Assembly (NCBI RefSeq): GCF_006345805.1
Contig: NC_042998.1
Location: 100,564,001 to 100,628,000, forward strand
DNA length: 64,000 nucleotides
Reading direction: 5' to 3'
Source: Octopus sinensis
Lineage: Eukaryota
The notes under the pieces: model-generated
Databases searched by the model: none
What the model was told of the DNA's origin: nothing
What the model saw: the letters and a program-made list of their open reading frames with translations, nothing else
Shown: one piece after another, positions 39,501 through 53,611 of the stretch
How the letters are laid out: each line of letters begins with the position of its first letter
Position numbering within the stretch: position 1 is the first letter of the stretch
Position numbers and translations under genes: made by a program

Positions 39501-41110
39501 TCCAGGCAATAACGGAGGAATTCAAGACAGGATGCCCTTGGGAGCTCCTCTATGCTGATGACCTTGCTCTAATTGCTGAGTCGCTATCAGAACTGGAGGA
39601 GAAGTTTCAGGTGTGGAAACAAGGATTAGAATCGAAGGGCCTCAGAGTCAATCTAGCTAAAACCAAAGTCGTAATCAGTAGGAAGGTAGACAAATCACAA
39701 ACACCTTCAGGTAGATGGCCCTGCTCGATCTGTAGAAAAGGTGTAGGTAGAAACTCTATAAGATGCACCAAGTGTAAGCTATGGACACATAAGAGATGCA
39801 GCAATGTCAAAGGAAGGCTAACTAGGAAGATGGTTTTTGTATGTGGCAGATGCTCAGGAACAATAAACACTGAAAATGCTCTGAGACCAACTTCCGTCAC
39901 TTTCCAGGGAGAAAAACTAGAAATAGTTGATAGTTTCCGTTACCTAGGTGACCAAGTCAGCAGCGGGGGCGGGTGTGCTGAAAGTGTAACTGCTAGAGTA
40001 AGAATAGCTTGGGCAAAGTTCAGAGAGCTCTTACCTCTGCTGGTGACAAAAGGCCTCTCGCACAGAGTGAAAGGCAGACTGTATGATGCGTGTGTACGAA
40101 CAGCCATGCTACATGGCAGTGAAACATGGGCCGTGACTGCTGAGGATATGCGTAAGCTCGCTAGAAATGAAGCCAGTATGCTCCGATGGATGTGTAATGC
40201 CGGTACTCACACTCGGCAGAGTGTAAGTACCTTGAGAGAAAAGCTGGACCTAAGAAGCATCAGTTGTGGTGTGCAAGAGAGACGTTTGCGCTGGTATGGT
40301 CATGTGGCGAGAATGGATGAAGATAGTTGTGTGAAAAAGTGCCACACCCTAGCGGTTGAGGGAACCTGTGGAAGAGGCAGACCCAGGAAAACCTGGGACG
40401 AGGTGGTGAAGCACGACCTTCGAACTTTAGGTCTCACTGAGGAAATGACTAGAGACCGAGACCTCTGGAAGTGTGCTGTGCGCGAGAAGACCCGGCAGGA
40501 CAAGTGAGTCCACAACCCGTGGCCTTCTACATGGGATGGAGCCAGCCTACGTATGCATACCTTCCCTTCTTGAGACACAAAACTCTACTTGTGAAGACGT
40601 GTTGAGGCAAGTGAGGATCAGAATCGAAATCGATCAATGGAAATTGCGGATGTGCTACCAGTGCCGGTGGCATGTCGAAACTCTGCTTGTGAAGACCCAT
40701 TGAGGCAAGTGAGGATCAGAATCGAAATCGATCAATGGAAATCGATCAATGGAAATTGCAGATGTGTTACCAGTGCCAGTGGCATGTAAGAGAACTTTCC
40801 GTTTCGCGACCGTTGCCAGCACCGCCCCGTTTCGTGTCCGTTGCCAGCCTCGCCTGGCCCTCGTGCCGGTGGCACATAAAAAGCACCATCCGTTCGTGGC
40901 CGTTTGCCAGCTCTGTCTGGCACCAGTGCGGGTGGCACGTAAAAAGCACCCACTACACTCACGGAGTGGTTGGCGTTAGGAAGGGCATCCAGCCGTAGAA
41001 ACACTGCCAGATTTGACTGGGCCTGATGAAGCCTTCTGGCTTCACAGACCCCAGTAGAACCGTCCAACCCATGCTAGCATGGAAAACGGACGCTAAATGA
41101 TGATGATGAT

Positions 41111-41149
<39 letters not shown>

Positions 41150-44100
41150 GGTGTCCCCCAAAAATGTATACACACCTTAAATAATTGTAAATTTGGGGTT
41201 TATTATAATTCGAATAATTTTCAACATGTAAAAGAATTTTCAAATATCATTCTATTGTCTTGTTATTGCATGTTCTCAAACTGATGTCCGTTCTGCTCCA
41301 GACACTGCTGACAACGCAAAGCGATGGAATGGCGCACATCATGGAACAATTCCCTTGGGATATTCGTACATTCATGTTCAATGGTTGCCCTCAATTGAAT
41401 GACTGTTGCAGGTTTCTGTGCGTAGACTTTGTCCTTTAGGTATCCCCATAAAAAGAAGTCTAATGGTGTGAGGTCTGGTGAATGTGGATGGTATTCGGCA
41501 AAACTTCTCCGTCCAATCCACCTGTTTGGCAAGATCCCATCAAGAAAGGATCTAACATCGCGATGGAAGTGTGGAGGTGCCCCATCTTGCTGGAAATAAA
41601 ACTCTTCCTGTTCAAAGTCCTCTCTAATGCTTGGCATGACAGACTGTTGCAGCAAGTGTATACATTTTTTTGGGACACCCTGTATATACATACACACACA
41701 ATCACCAAGTACCACAGTCTGTTTTGGCCTGGTTTCTATGACTAGATACCCTTCCTAATGCCAACCACTTTACAGAGTGTACTGGTTGCTTTTTACATGG
41801 CACTAACACCAGTGCTTTTCATGTGGATAGATCATCATCCTCAACATTTAACCTCTATTTTCAATGCTAGCATGGGTTGGGTGGCTTGACAAGAACTAGC
41901 AAGGTCAGGGGCTGCACCAGGTTCCATAGTCTGTTTCAGGTTGGTCTCTATGGTTGGATGCCCTTCCTAATGCCAACCACTCTGCAGAGTATAATGGGTA
42001 CTTTTTATGTAGTACCTTGGTTTTAGGATCTCAAATTCTGTTATGGTGGGTAGGTCTTCTCGAGTACTGCAATGCACCATATAGCCTGATTCTCTGTCAT
42101 CTCCCTTATAAGGTTCAGCATTTTGAGATCAGCTTTCAATACTTCCAGCCACTTTAAGTGATTGACACTTCAAATGGAGGCCCCACCTGAATAGCTTTAG
42201 TTTGGAATACCAATTTTCATTTTAATTCTTTTTTCATTTGATCAGGAGGAAGGGTTGTTCCCATAATCTTTGCAGACCCTCAGAGATATGATTTGTTGCT
42301 TTCAAAAATTCTTTTAACAAAGGTTCATAGAACTCTTCTTATTTCTTTTGGCTGCTGTCCATAGCTGATTAAATGACAAATCTCTACTTCTAGTATAGGT
42401 TTAAAAGGACTGAAATATCTGGTACCTTGCAGTAGTCAAGATAACCCATCTGCCACAGTGTTGATACTGGTGCTACGTTAAAAGCACTGGTGCAAGTACC
42501 ACATGAAAAGCACCCAGTACACTCTATGGAGTGGCTAGTGTTAGGAAGGGCATCAAGTTGTAGAAACCATGCCGGAATAGACAATGAAGCCTAGTGCAGC
42601 CCATGGCCTTACCAGATCTGGTCAAACCCATGCCACCATGGGAAACAAACGTTAAATGATGATAATGATGATGAAATCATAGATGTAATGGAAATCATTT
42701 TCTGGTTTGATAAAACAGATATTAATTTGTCTAAAGTATAATTAAAGCGCCTTACTAGAAAAAGAAAATTAAAGAAAACAAAAACGTATTTACTGCGAGA
42801 AACAAACTTATGACAGTCGTGGTTACAGATGAAATAAAAATTCACAAGTAGGCACGTAAACTGAACTATTTTACATTTCTGTGGACAGAGTTTATTTGGT
42901 CAGATGAAGCAGCACAAGGAAGAAAGAGGAAAACAAGTTCTCTGAGAGTGTGACTATTTAGAAATTGAGTTGATGAACAACTCGAATTGTTTAAACTAGT
43001 TTAAGTATGTGGACTATCTTGTTAGACCGTGGTATGTAAAAAGAATGCACCTGTTTGGTAGGTAATTTTATAGTCAGGAATAAAAAAAAATTCAAATTAT
43101 GCAAGCACTAACGGTATTTAAAATAGATTAATTTGCCTCTTGATAGAATTATTTTGAGAGTTTAAAACTAGTAAAATTTGGATATTTAAAACATATAATA
43201 TATGATGAAAAACTTTAATGAAAAAAAAATACCATGTCACTTATGTGTTAAAATGAAGAATAAAGGTTAAAATGCGGCGTTAGTTAATCAAACTCAGCAT
43301 TTCGAATTAAATACGTTCGTATGTGATTTAATAGCGATTAAGGGGAAATAACTACTACATATCTAAATTTAGTGGCTATTTATGCGAAGTTTTCGTGGAT
43401 GGTTAACAGGTTGAGTGCAGTGATGTAAATGGAACAAGAACACCTGAAATATGCATATACACTCATTACCTATTTTTCTGTCCTCGATCGCATTGTTTAC
43501 ATAGTCGTATGCGTATACGAAACGTCGTAACTTTCAATACTGGCTATGATTTCTATAGGAAATCTGCAGAGATAACTTTAAAAAGTGACTACAAGAAAGA
43601 TTTCCAAAGCTCTAAAAATGCCACTAACCAATAACTTGAGATCCATTAAAGTAAATTCAGTATGAGACACACAGAGAAACTTTAAGCACACAAGAATACA
43701 GAATGAAAGTATACAATGGACTGAGAAGTGATGCAGCAAAGGATTTTGGGAATTGTAGAAAATATGAACACATGGCATTCAGTTTAATGGAGATGTCAGG
43801 CATTCCTTTATTAATTAAAATTGAAGTCTAAAAACCCCAAGAAAGGTAAAGATAAATCTGAGACCCTAACCGATGCTGGGATTGCTACAACCAACAGTTG
43901 TTAAACAGATCTTTATTTATAAATTTCCTGAATCAAAAGATATTGAGATATTTAAGTATAGGGAATCTTCTCAGTCAAAAATGCTGTGCTAAAACAATTG
44001 TACTTATAAAGCATTAGTTAAATCTTGAACTGTTTCTGTACATCTATCAGTGAATTTGAGATCATAGTAGTTTAGCGAATAGTTTAGTCATAAAAAAGTT

Positions 44101-47100
44101 AACCTAACTCATGATGAATCACCTTGGACAGAGATTCCTGTCACCAGCTGGTACTTCCTGAATTTACTTTGACACAATAATCTACCTTGCTTTCAAGGAT
44201 TTCAAATATTTTGTCTTACATCAAATAATGAACCAAATATAGACTATTCATCATCATTAAACGTGTTTTCCATGTTGGTATGGGTTGGGTGGCATGGCTA
44301 GAGCTGCATCAGGTTCCAATTGTGTGTTTTGACTTGGTTTCTATGGCTGGATGCCCTTCCTAATGCCAACCACTTTACAAAGTGTACTGGGTGCTTTTTA
44401 CATGGCACTGGCACAGATGCTTTTTATGTGGCACCAATACTGACAAGTTCATTGGATAGCTTTCAAGACAAAAAAGAACCTGCTTTAGCTGGGAGGGGAG
44501 CATTAACCAAGAAGTAAGGCAAAAATATTGTTCAACTTCGTTATATACATTCTGAATGACTGTGCATTCATTTCACATAATGTATGTCAACAATGTTTAA
44601 GAGGCTTCTAGACAATCCATCCACAAGGTTTTGGTCAACCCACGGCTATAGAAGGTACTGGTACTTGTCCAAAATGCAACACAATGTGAGTGAATCTGAA
44701 ACTACATGGTTGGGAATCAAGTTTCTTAACCAGTCACATCAGCACCTATTTCACTAACAATATCTTTGTAGGTCTTCTCTTTGCTAACCCTTAATTTATT
44801 TATTCCTAACTGAACTTCTTCAAACTGAATTTCTTTAAATTGAGTGTGAAGAAACTTGTAATTATTTACATCAGCATGTAGCAAACGTCAAAAGTTCACA
44901 CAATGGAATAAATTAGTTTGTTGTAAAGAAGAGAAGTACACATTTTTATCAGGACTCTTTACCAAAGAAAGATGAAATGCATTCTAATAGTGATGGATAA
45001 ATTAACTGAAAGAGGTGAAAAGGTGAGAGAGAAAGGAAAAAGATTAACAGTGAAGATTATGGATGTGAAGAAAAGTAACATATAATTAGGAATTCTTTTT
45101 TTTGCCTTTGGTATGAGAAAAGCAGCCAGTACATGCTGTAAAGTGATTGGGTTTAGGAAGGGCATCCAGTTGTGGGAACCATATCAAAGTAAACACTGCA
45201 GTATGATGCAGTCCTTGGACCCATAAGATCCTGTCAAACCATCCAACCCATGCCATCAAGGAACATGGATTTTAGATGATAATGATGACATTTAATTAGA
45301 GATGTGTAAAGAGAGACAACAAAGATTTATTCGAAGACGATGGTTGGTTATTATTTAAAGATTGTACATTTGTGATGTTAATTCAGAGAAGAAATTTTGT
45401 GAATTGATAAAAAGATAGTTTTTTGAGTTTTTTGAAAAAATCAAATACTAATTAATAACTGAGGACAAATTAATTTCAGCTTTACAGTTTATAATTATCA
45501 ATGATAATATGTTTTGCTGTTGGTAGATGTAGGCATTTTTGCATAGTATTTTGGGTGAAGGAAAGGTCTGTGATGATGGTCTTCACCTCTAAGACTAGTG
45601 AGACTGATGCCATTAATGTTATGATGACTGCAGAAACCACATAGAATCACAAGTGTCTTCTATTACCTATGCTTTATTAGTGGAATTTAGCAGATTATAG
45701 TGGTGCAGTCAGAAACAGTACATCTCTCTTTGTCAAATTGTAATTTAACCATCTGATAAAATAAACACTCAGGTTAATATGAATGACTAAAAATATTTGA
45801 AAGCAGTGCCCCCACATGGTCACAGTCCAGTGACTGAAACTAGCAAGAAAATATCTAGACACTTGTAATATATATAATAAACACTTCTTGGTACTCAAGA
45901 AAAATTATTTCTACGATTGTATTAAAGGTTTACAATTGAAAAGCCAGTGACACTTAGCACAACTGATATGAAAGGAAGATTAAATATTTAAACATTACAT
46001 GAATTGACAATATTGTCTCTTAATTCACAAGGTGAATGAAGTGACAGAAATAGTAGTGTCAGACGTGCTACACTTGGATTAACTCTGCCCTTCATATATT
46101 TCAAAAGTCAGTAAAATAAGAAATATTGGGGTTAATTCAATCAACACTACTCCTAAGAAATTTAAAGGCCTTAAGCCAAACACAAAATCAATATTGTTTT
46201 CCCCAATTCTCCTACCCACTCTAAAGCTGTATCTCACCATCTTTCCTTTGGTCTATTTTGGTATTATTTATTGCCAGCTATCACTTAAAAGCTGGGACTA
46301 ATTCTTGATCAGCATAAATTTTCTTAACTTATCTTCAACATTGTTCATTACATATCCAACTTTTGTAGGTTATTTGCTTTTATAGTTTATCATCTCTCAT
46401 GCTCATTCAGCAATAGTGTTGCCATCACTATAATAGAGCCAAATGACACACTATAATAGAGCCACTGTGATGGTCTTTAGGTGAGTCTCCAGTGAAGGTA
46501 ATATCATGGTGCCTGACATCTTTGAACAGCATCTTAGACTCAATTCAAATAACTATGTGAAGCTGCTGGAGACTGTGATTAAACCCTCCATGGAGAGGGT
46601 TACTGTTGGAAGGTCATGTTTGGCAGCAGGATTGGATTCCTTGCCATACCCCCAGAAAGTGTAAGAAAAGGTTGTTGGTGAATTTCTGACTTCACCAAAC
46701 CCAATTTCTGGCCTCATAATTCCCCTGATTGTAATCACATAGATTACTAGGTGTGGTGTGCAGTTGGGAGACAACAACCACTCTACCTGCAACACCAAGG
46801 CTGAGCTAGTAGCCAAGATCACTGATATGTTTGTAGATCTTCTTAGGGACACAGTGAGGAATGCATGTATCAGGCTCTGGAACTATCTTGAGACTGTGGT
46901 AGAAGCTGAGGGTGGTTACTTTAAGTAAGCTGTTATCTCCCAGCCATAATCTAGCTGATATTTTTTGATTTTTTAAAATACTTGTATTTTTGGATGGAAT
47001 ATTGTTTTCTTTTCCTTTTATGCAAACTGTCAAATTTAGCCTGAACACCCTGTAGCTCTGTCAACAGAACAACTGGAACACTACTCATCAAAACTAATAA

Positions 47101-50100
47101 AAGAACCATCATTTCAAGTTTTTACTTACATTCAGCGAGGACAGTTGAATTGTAATAAATTTTACAAAAAAACTATCTTCAATTGTTTATTTGCTCATTA
47201 GCTCAATTTATTTCCAACTTATCTAATAGTTACAATGCAGACCTTGTACAGAAAATCAGGTCAACACAATACATCTCTCATTTATATCTACCAATTAATG
47301 CTACTATCTGATATCAAAATAAGAATGAAAAGAAGCAATCAAAGAAGAGTATGTAACTTGGATTCCTTGATGTATTAATCTGAATGATTCTAGTTTGGAA
47401 GGAGCCAATAAGCTTGCATGTGTACACAGATATAAACACACATGCATGCATGCACACATATATCAAGTCATTAAGAATGAAATGTTTGATTTTCTTATGT
47501 ACCAAGTTTGATAGTCATTAACTCTAATGCTTTATACTGACAATTCTTTGTTTTACAACATTGAAGAGTTACATCACTTTTCAAAATGCAATTCATGGTG
47601 TCTGATAATATTGTGAGTTTTTTCTTGTAAATCAATTTTGAACCCATGGATAGTTAAAAAAATTAATGCTGTTTATGAATATGAGTTCCGTCATGGAACC
47701 AATGCATCTTAGACAGCTCAAAACATCAATGAGGTGTTTAGTGAAGACGTGATGAATGAGCACACTGTATGTCGATGGTTTAAGAAGTTCCAGTCTGGTA
47801 ACTTTACTCTTGAAAATCAGCCCCATGGTAGACCTGAGACCAAGGTGGATAATGATGAGCTAGAAACTGTAGTGGATGCAGATACATCTCAAACTAAGTG
47901 GGAGTTAGCAGCAAGATTTGATATTTCAATTCTAACTGTATTAGACCATCTGAAACAAATTGGTAAGGTAAAGAAGCTGGACAAGTGAGTACTACACAAA
48001 CTGAATGAGCATCAAATGACAAGTCATCTTGAAACTTGCTGTCATGGCATAAAAGCAAACAATTTTTGCATCGTATTGTTATGTGTGATGAAAAATGGAT
48101 TCTTTTCAACAATAGCAAGTATTCTGCATCGTGGTTCAATAGAGACAAAGTGCCAAAACACAATATAAAAAAGAATATTCACCAAAAAAAGCTAATGGTG
48201 TCTGTTTGGTGGTCCAGCACTGGTGTCATCCACTACAGCTTCATGAGACCTGGTAAGTCAATTACAGCGGATGTATACATCAACCAATTGGATGAAATGT
48301 TGAGTGAACTTGCAATTAAACAACTGAAATTGGTTGATAGAGACAGTCTGTTGCAAAATAATGCTCAACCAAATATTGTGCAAAGAATGCTACTCAAGTT
48401 ACAGGAACCAGACTTGGAAGTACTCTGTCATCCACCATATTCACCAGACATTGCACCAACTGACTATCATGCTTTCCAGGCATTAGACAACATTTTGTAA
48501 GGAAAAAACTTCAAGTGAGAAAAAGATGTAAAAACAACCTTTCATGATTTTATCACCTCTTGCTCTCCAGAATGCTTCACTGCTGGCATAAATAAGCTAC
48601 CAATAAAATGGCAAATTTGCCTTGATAAATTAGGTGCATACTTTGATTAACTACATTGCTTTTTGTTGAGATCAAATAAAATAAACTTTCAATTCAAAAT
48701 CGGACATTTCTTAATGACCTGATATTATTAAAATAGAAGGACCAACCATGCCATACATCATAACTATTATTAAACAGATACAATAGATAGTTTTCTTTCT
48801 GTGGAGGACTTGTAGCATCTAGTCTCCATTTGCTAGTGTGGAGAAAAATAGAAATGTAGTTAAGATAAGATGATTAATTTTAGTTAAAAAGATGAAGTTA
48901 GAAACTGTTATAAGTGTATGGCTAAGTATTGAGGTGACAGTGTTCGAGAGATGATAGCCTATTCTATTTAGTGTGGTCTAAGAAAAGAAATATTATAAAG
49001 AAGTTTATAAAAAATACGACATACAGCAGATCACAGTTTTTACCAAGAAAATGAATAGATGGAACTAGTCAATAAGGAATAATGGAGTACGTGGATTACA
49101 GTAGGGTAAGTAGAGATATGAGGTAAATTTATACAATACTGATTGACCAAACTCTCCCTTCTAATATCCAAAATATTGATATAAAAATACTAAGTTTTAG
49201 TCCTTCCCCTGCTACATGCCAATAGATACATCAATTTAGATGTTTTCAAGCAGTCTCAGCTTAGGTACTTTGATATTACTCAGCACATTTTGAGAATTTT
49301 CATGGTGCAAGGATCAAATTCTCTGTCTTTTTATTCAAATTATATAATCTCACCCATTACAAAATTCATTTGATGAATTGGTTAAACTACTGGCAATGAA
49401 ATCAACTCAGTAATGACATTAATTACACTAGCAGGTTTATTTAACAAAGAAAATAAGTTGGGCTAAAACAGAAGATAATTATCAATATATTAGAATTGTA
49501 ACACATGAAAGATGGTCTAATGCCATACAATCTCACCTACCTTGGTTATATGCTAACAGGAAAGCTAAATATTTTGCATTTAAGTCAACTTAAGATGTTT
49601 TAACAAGAAATCTATTCCAGCCATCACAACAGAATTATTCAAAAGCATGTCAATAAAATTATTTTGTTTGTCAGTTCATTGGGTACATCTGCAAAATTTA
49701 TCATTTATAATTTACTTGAATTGTTGGCATTTTTACTTTTATTATTGGGTCTCTTTTTTTAATTGAATCTCACAGCTGTTAATTAGAAATGGTGCACAAT
49801 GTTAATCAAGATGACTAATGTAATGAACACTGTGACAAAATAAACTTGAAAGAAATAGAAAGTCTGCATGGTCACAACAGAAGTAATATTGGCTACTGTA
49901 TTTGTGTTAATAAGTGAGTCATTGATCCTGCCATTCACACCCATACTGTCAATTGCCTAGTAACAAAAACATGGGCACAGAAACTTTAGACTTTTAACCC
50001 TTTCGTTACCAACCTGACTGAAACCGGTTCTGGCTCTGAGTTCAAATGTCTTGCTTTCATAAGTTTTGAATTAAAATCTTCCACCAAACCTTAGTCACAA

Positions 50101-53100
50101 TTTATGTTCCTAACACTGGCTGAATGATAACTAAGTTATTTTACTGAATTCTTTGTTATATTTAAAGTAATTGAAAGAAACACAGAGCATCTCAAAATAA
50201 ATACAGTAACGAAAGGGTTAAGAACCAGGTAATATAATCATGTGATATGAGCATGATGCTCATTTAGTTTAAACTGATGTTCTATAGTAATCAAGGAAAC
50301 ACACATTTAAAATAAGAGCTGCCAGGAGCCTACTTTGAAGACAGTGGGATTATGAAAGCTACAAGAAATCACAGGTACATGGAACTGACTGGCTGATCTA
50401 GCTGACCGAATGCCAGTTAGCATAATTTAAGTAATTTTTCATCTCTTCTAATACACTTCCCTTGTTCTAATACATCCTGAATTATGGAAGTGAACTGTAA
50501 CGTGTATTACCATGTGTGAATTCCCAATACTTTCTGAATATGTTAAACTTTGAATACAATTGTAAATGCACATTATTGATTGTTCATAATATATGTATGG
50601 AACAAAGTTCCTTCCTTTGTCAGTAAAATTAAGTAAAGTTTGGAAAATGAAATGAAACTTTCTTTTGTATTTACAGCAATGTAGACTAACTTGTTTCTAG
50701 CATGCAACATATTTTTATAATAATAATATATAATAATGAAATTATTGTGTATAGTGCTCAGGTGCATACAATTCATCAAAGGTGCATGTACAGTACACAG
50801 AGTTATGTACAAAAGTCATGATATACATGTGTGTATGTGTATGGGTGGAGGGGATATCAGGTGTAGTGTTGGTGAATTTCAGGAAGCATGGAGGTTTTAA
50901 AGGATGCAATGCCTCAGCAACTAACAACTGATGCAGGTAGTTTGTTCCATGTTTCAGTAATTCTGAGTGAAAAAATGTTTCCGAAAGTCATGTGAGCTGT
51001 GTTGTTTTTTGACTTTGTAGGCATGCCAACATGTGTTAGACACATGGAGCTCAAAAAGGTGTTCAAGGTGGTTATTGGCACAATGGTTAATAATTTTGTG
51101 GGTGTTTACCAAGTCAATTGATAGATGTCAGAACTTCGATGAATCTATGCCCAGGGAGGTAAGGTGTTCAGAGTATGGTAGATACCTGATGGAGGGTATT
51201 CACTTGGTTTCATGTCTGAACAGTTTCCAGGAGGTCAATGTCCTGAGCAAGATAGTGGTTCCAAACTGTGATGCAAATTCCAAGTGTGGCTGCACCATAG
51301 CCATATACAGCTTTAAATAGATAGCTGGAGAGTGGCTGACAAAGTCTTGCTAAGTGACGTCAAGACACCCTCGGCCTTCTTGACAATTTTAGAGATGTGC
51401 TCTGTCTAGCGCAAATCGCTGCTGACAGTAATGCCCAAGTCATATTCACAAGACTTCTTGTTATTAGTGTTATCAAGAGTGTGTGGACACTGGGGTTTTC
51501 CTCCCAAAATGCATGGGGGTACACTTGTCAACAGCCCACTTGAGTTGCCAGTCTGTGATATATTGTTGCATTGTGTCCAGGTCCAATTGCAGGAAAGATC
51601 TATAGTGTTTAGGATCTGTCTTTTTTGTTTTATCTCAAGGTACAGCACAGTGGCATTTGCATTTTTCAGCACTGTGGCATTCTTTAAGTTGGCATCTATG
51701 TCATTAATGTATGATCCCTGTGGTACACCAGGTGACATCTCATAGGGTGAAGAATGCTGTTCTAGAACAGCGACTACCTCTTTTTGGCTGAGAATGAAGG
51801 ACTCCAACCAGTTAAAAAGATCACCTTTCACACCCATTGCAGAGAGTTTTGTCGTAAGTCTTTAACAAAGTCAAAGTAAACAATATCCACCCATGAGCCG
51901 CCATCAGTGACCTGGGTGATGTCTTCAAGAAACTTGACAAATTGATCACAGCAGCTGGAGTCAGGGATAAATCCAAACTGCAAGGGCTGGATAAGGTTGT
52001 GAAAATTCCAGAAGTTCCAGAGTGTTCCTATCTAACCTTCCAACTGAAAATGATAACCATATAATACTGAAATGGTGATGAAAAAATAACAATACTATTT
52101 CATTATGTCTTTGTAGAAAATTAGCACCACTCATATGCCATAGAATACGTTTTGTCATTGGAAATAACACTAAGTAAATATTTCTTCCAATATTTTACAC
52201 AACACTCAAATGTGCAACTTATTAGCATCAATGGCAAAATGTTGGCCAGACTGAAATTGTATATAATTGTACTTTCATCTACACTATTATAACTGGCATC
52301 ATCATCATCATCTTCGTTTAATGTCCGTTTTCCATGCTGGCATGGGTTGGACAGTTTGAACTGAAGTCTGGAAAGCCAGTGGCTGCACCAGGCTCCAATC
52401 TGATCAGGCAATGTTTCTACAGCTGGATGCCCTTCCTTATGCAAACCACTCTGTGAGTGGAGTGGGTGCTTTTTACGTGCCACCAGCACAGGAGCCAGTC
52501 AGGCAGCATTGGCATCGACCACATTTGGATGGTGCTTTTTATGTGTCACCAGCATGGGAGTCAGTCAGGGGGCACTGGCATCGAACACGTTCAGATGGTG
52601 CATTTTACAAGCCACCAGCATGGAAGCCAGCTAGGTGGCACTGGTCATAGCTACAATATTGTTTTTACTTGACTCAACAGGTCTTCTCAAGCATATCATA
52701 TTGCCCAATGCATCAAGGGTACTTTTAAATGGGCCAGACATGCAACACTGGCATCAGCCATGGCTGCGATCTCACTTTAGGTGCCAGGTTTTCTCAATCA
52801 CAGCATATCTCTAAAAGTCTCAGTCTCCTGTCATTACCTCTGTGAAGCACCAGTACTTGAAGGTCATGCTTCACCACCTCATTCCATGTCTTCTTGGGTC
52901 TACCTCTTCCACAGGTTCCTTCTACAGTTAGGGTGTAGCACTTCCTCACACAGCTGTCTTCATCCATATGTAACACATGACCATATCAGTGCAGCTGTCT
53001 CTCTTGCACACCATATTTGATGCTTCGTAAAAGGAGAAGGGGTATAGCTTTTGCATTCTCTCCCAACTAGAAATATTGCTGCAGTTAATGTTCATTTTAA

Positions 53101-53551
53101 AACATTTGTAGGTCTGCATCTGTAAGAAAAACAAGGCATGGGAATTCTAGAAAGATGCAGCTGTGAGGGGGCTGGATTCACTGAATGTTTAGTGGAGCCT
53201 TTGGGAAGTGAGACATGGCAAGAGGAGATGGAGGAGGAGGTGAGATGAGTGAATTGAATTAGGTTGGTTGAAGGATGTATACAGTTATCTGGGTTAAAAG
53301 GAACAGAGACCACTATAGTAATGACAGAAGAGACAGAGATAAAAAACAACTTGTGTGAACTAGTGGTCGCAGTGTGTTGGTGAGTGAATTTTGTGAATCA
53401 GTTGGTGAGCATTCTTTTGGAGATGATCTAAGATATCTATGAGAAGAACCATCCGAAATATCGGCAGTATTACAATGTTAAGCTTCGTAGGGTCAACAAT
53501 TAGCTAAGACTGAAGTATTTTCTGACATTTGTGATGTAATCTTGGCAATGC

Positions 53552-53611
<60 letters not shown>

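Noticed and set aside
37860-40578. Antisense ORFs overlapping the RTE ORF (also at 58632-60236)
   Set aside because: They are shadow frames of the RT coding strand with no recognisable motifs.
41023-41048. CTGATGA followed by hairpin AAGCC-TTCT-GGCTT in the RTE tail, as a possible hammerhead
   Set aside because: It is followed by CACAG rather than GAAA, and the stem is broken in copy 2 (near 61395).
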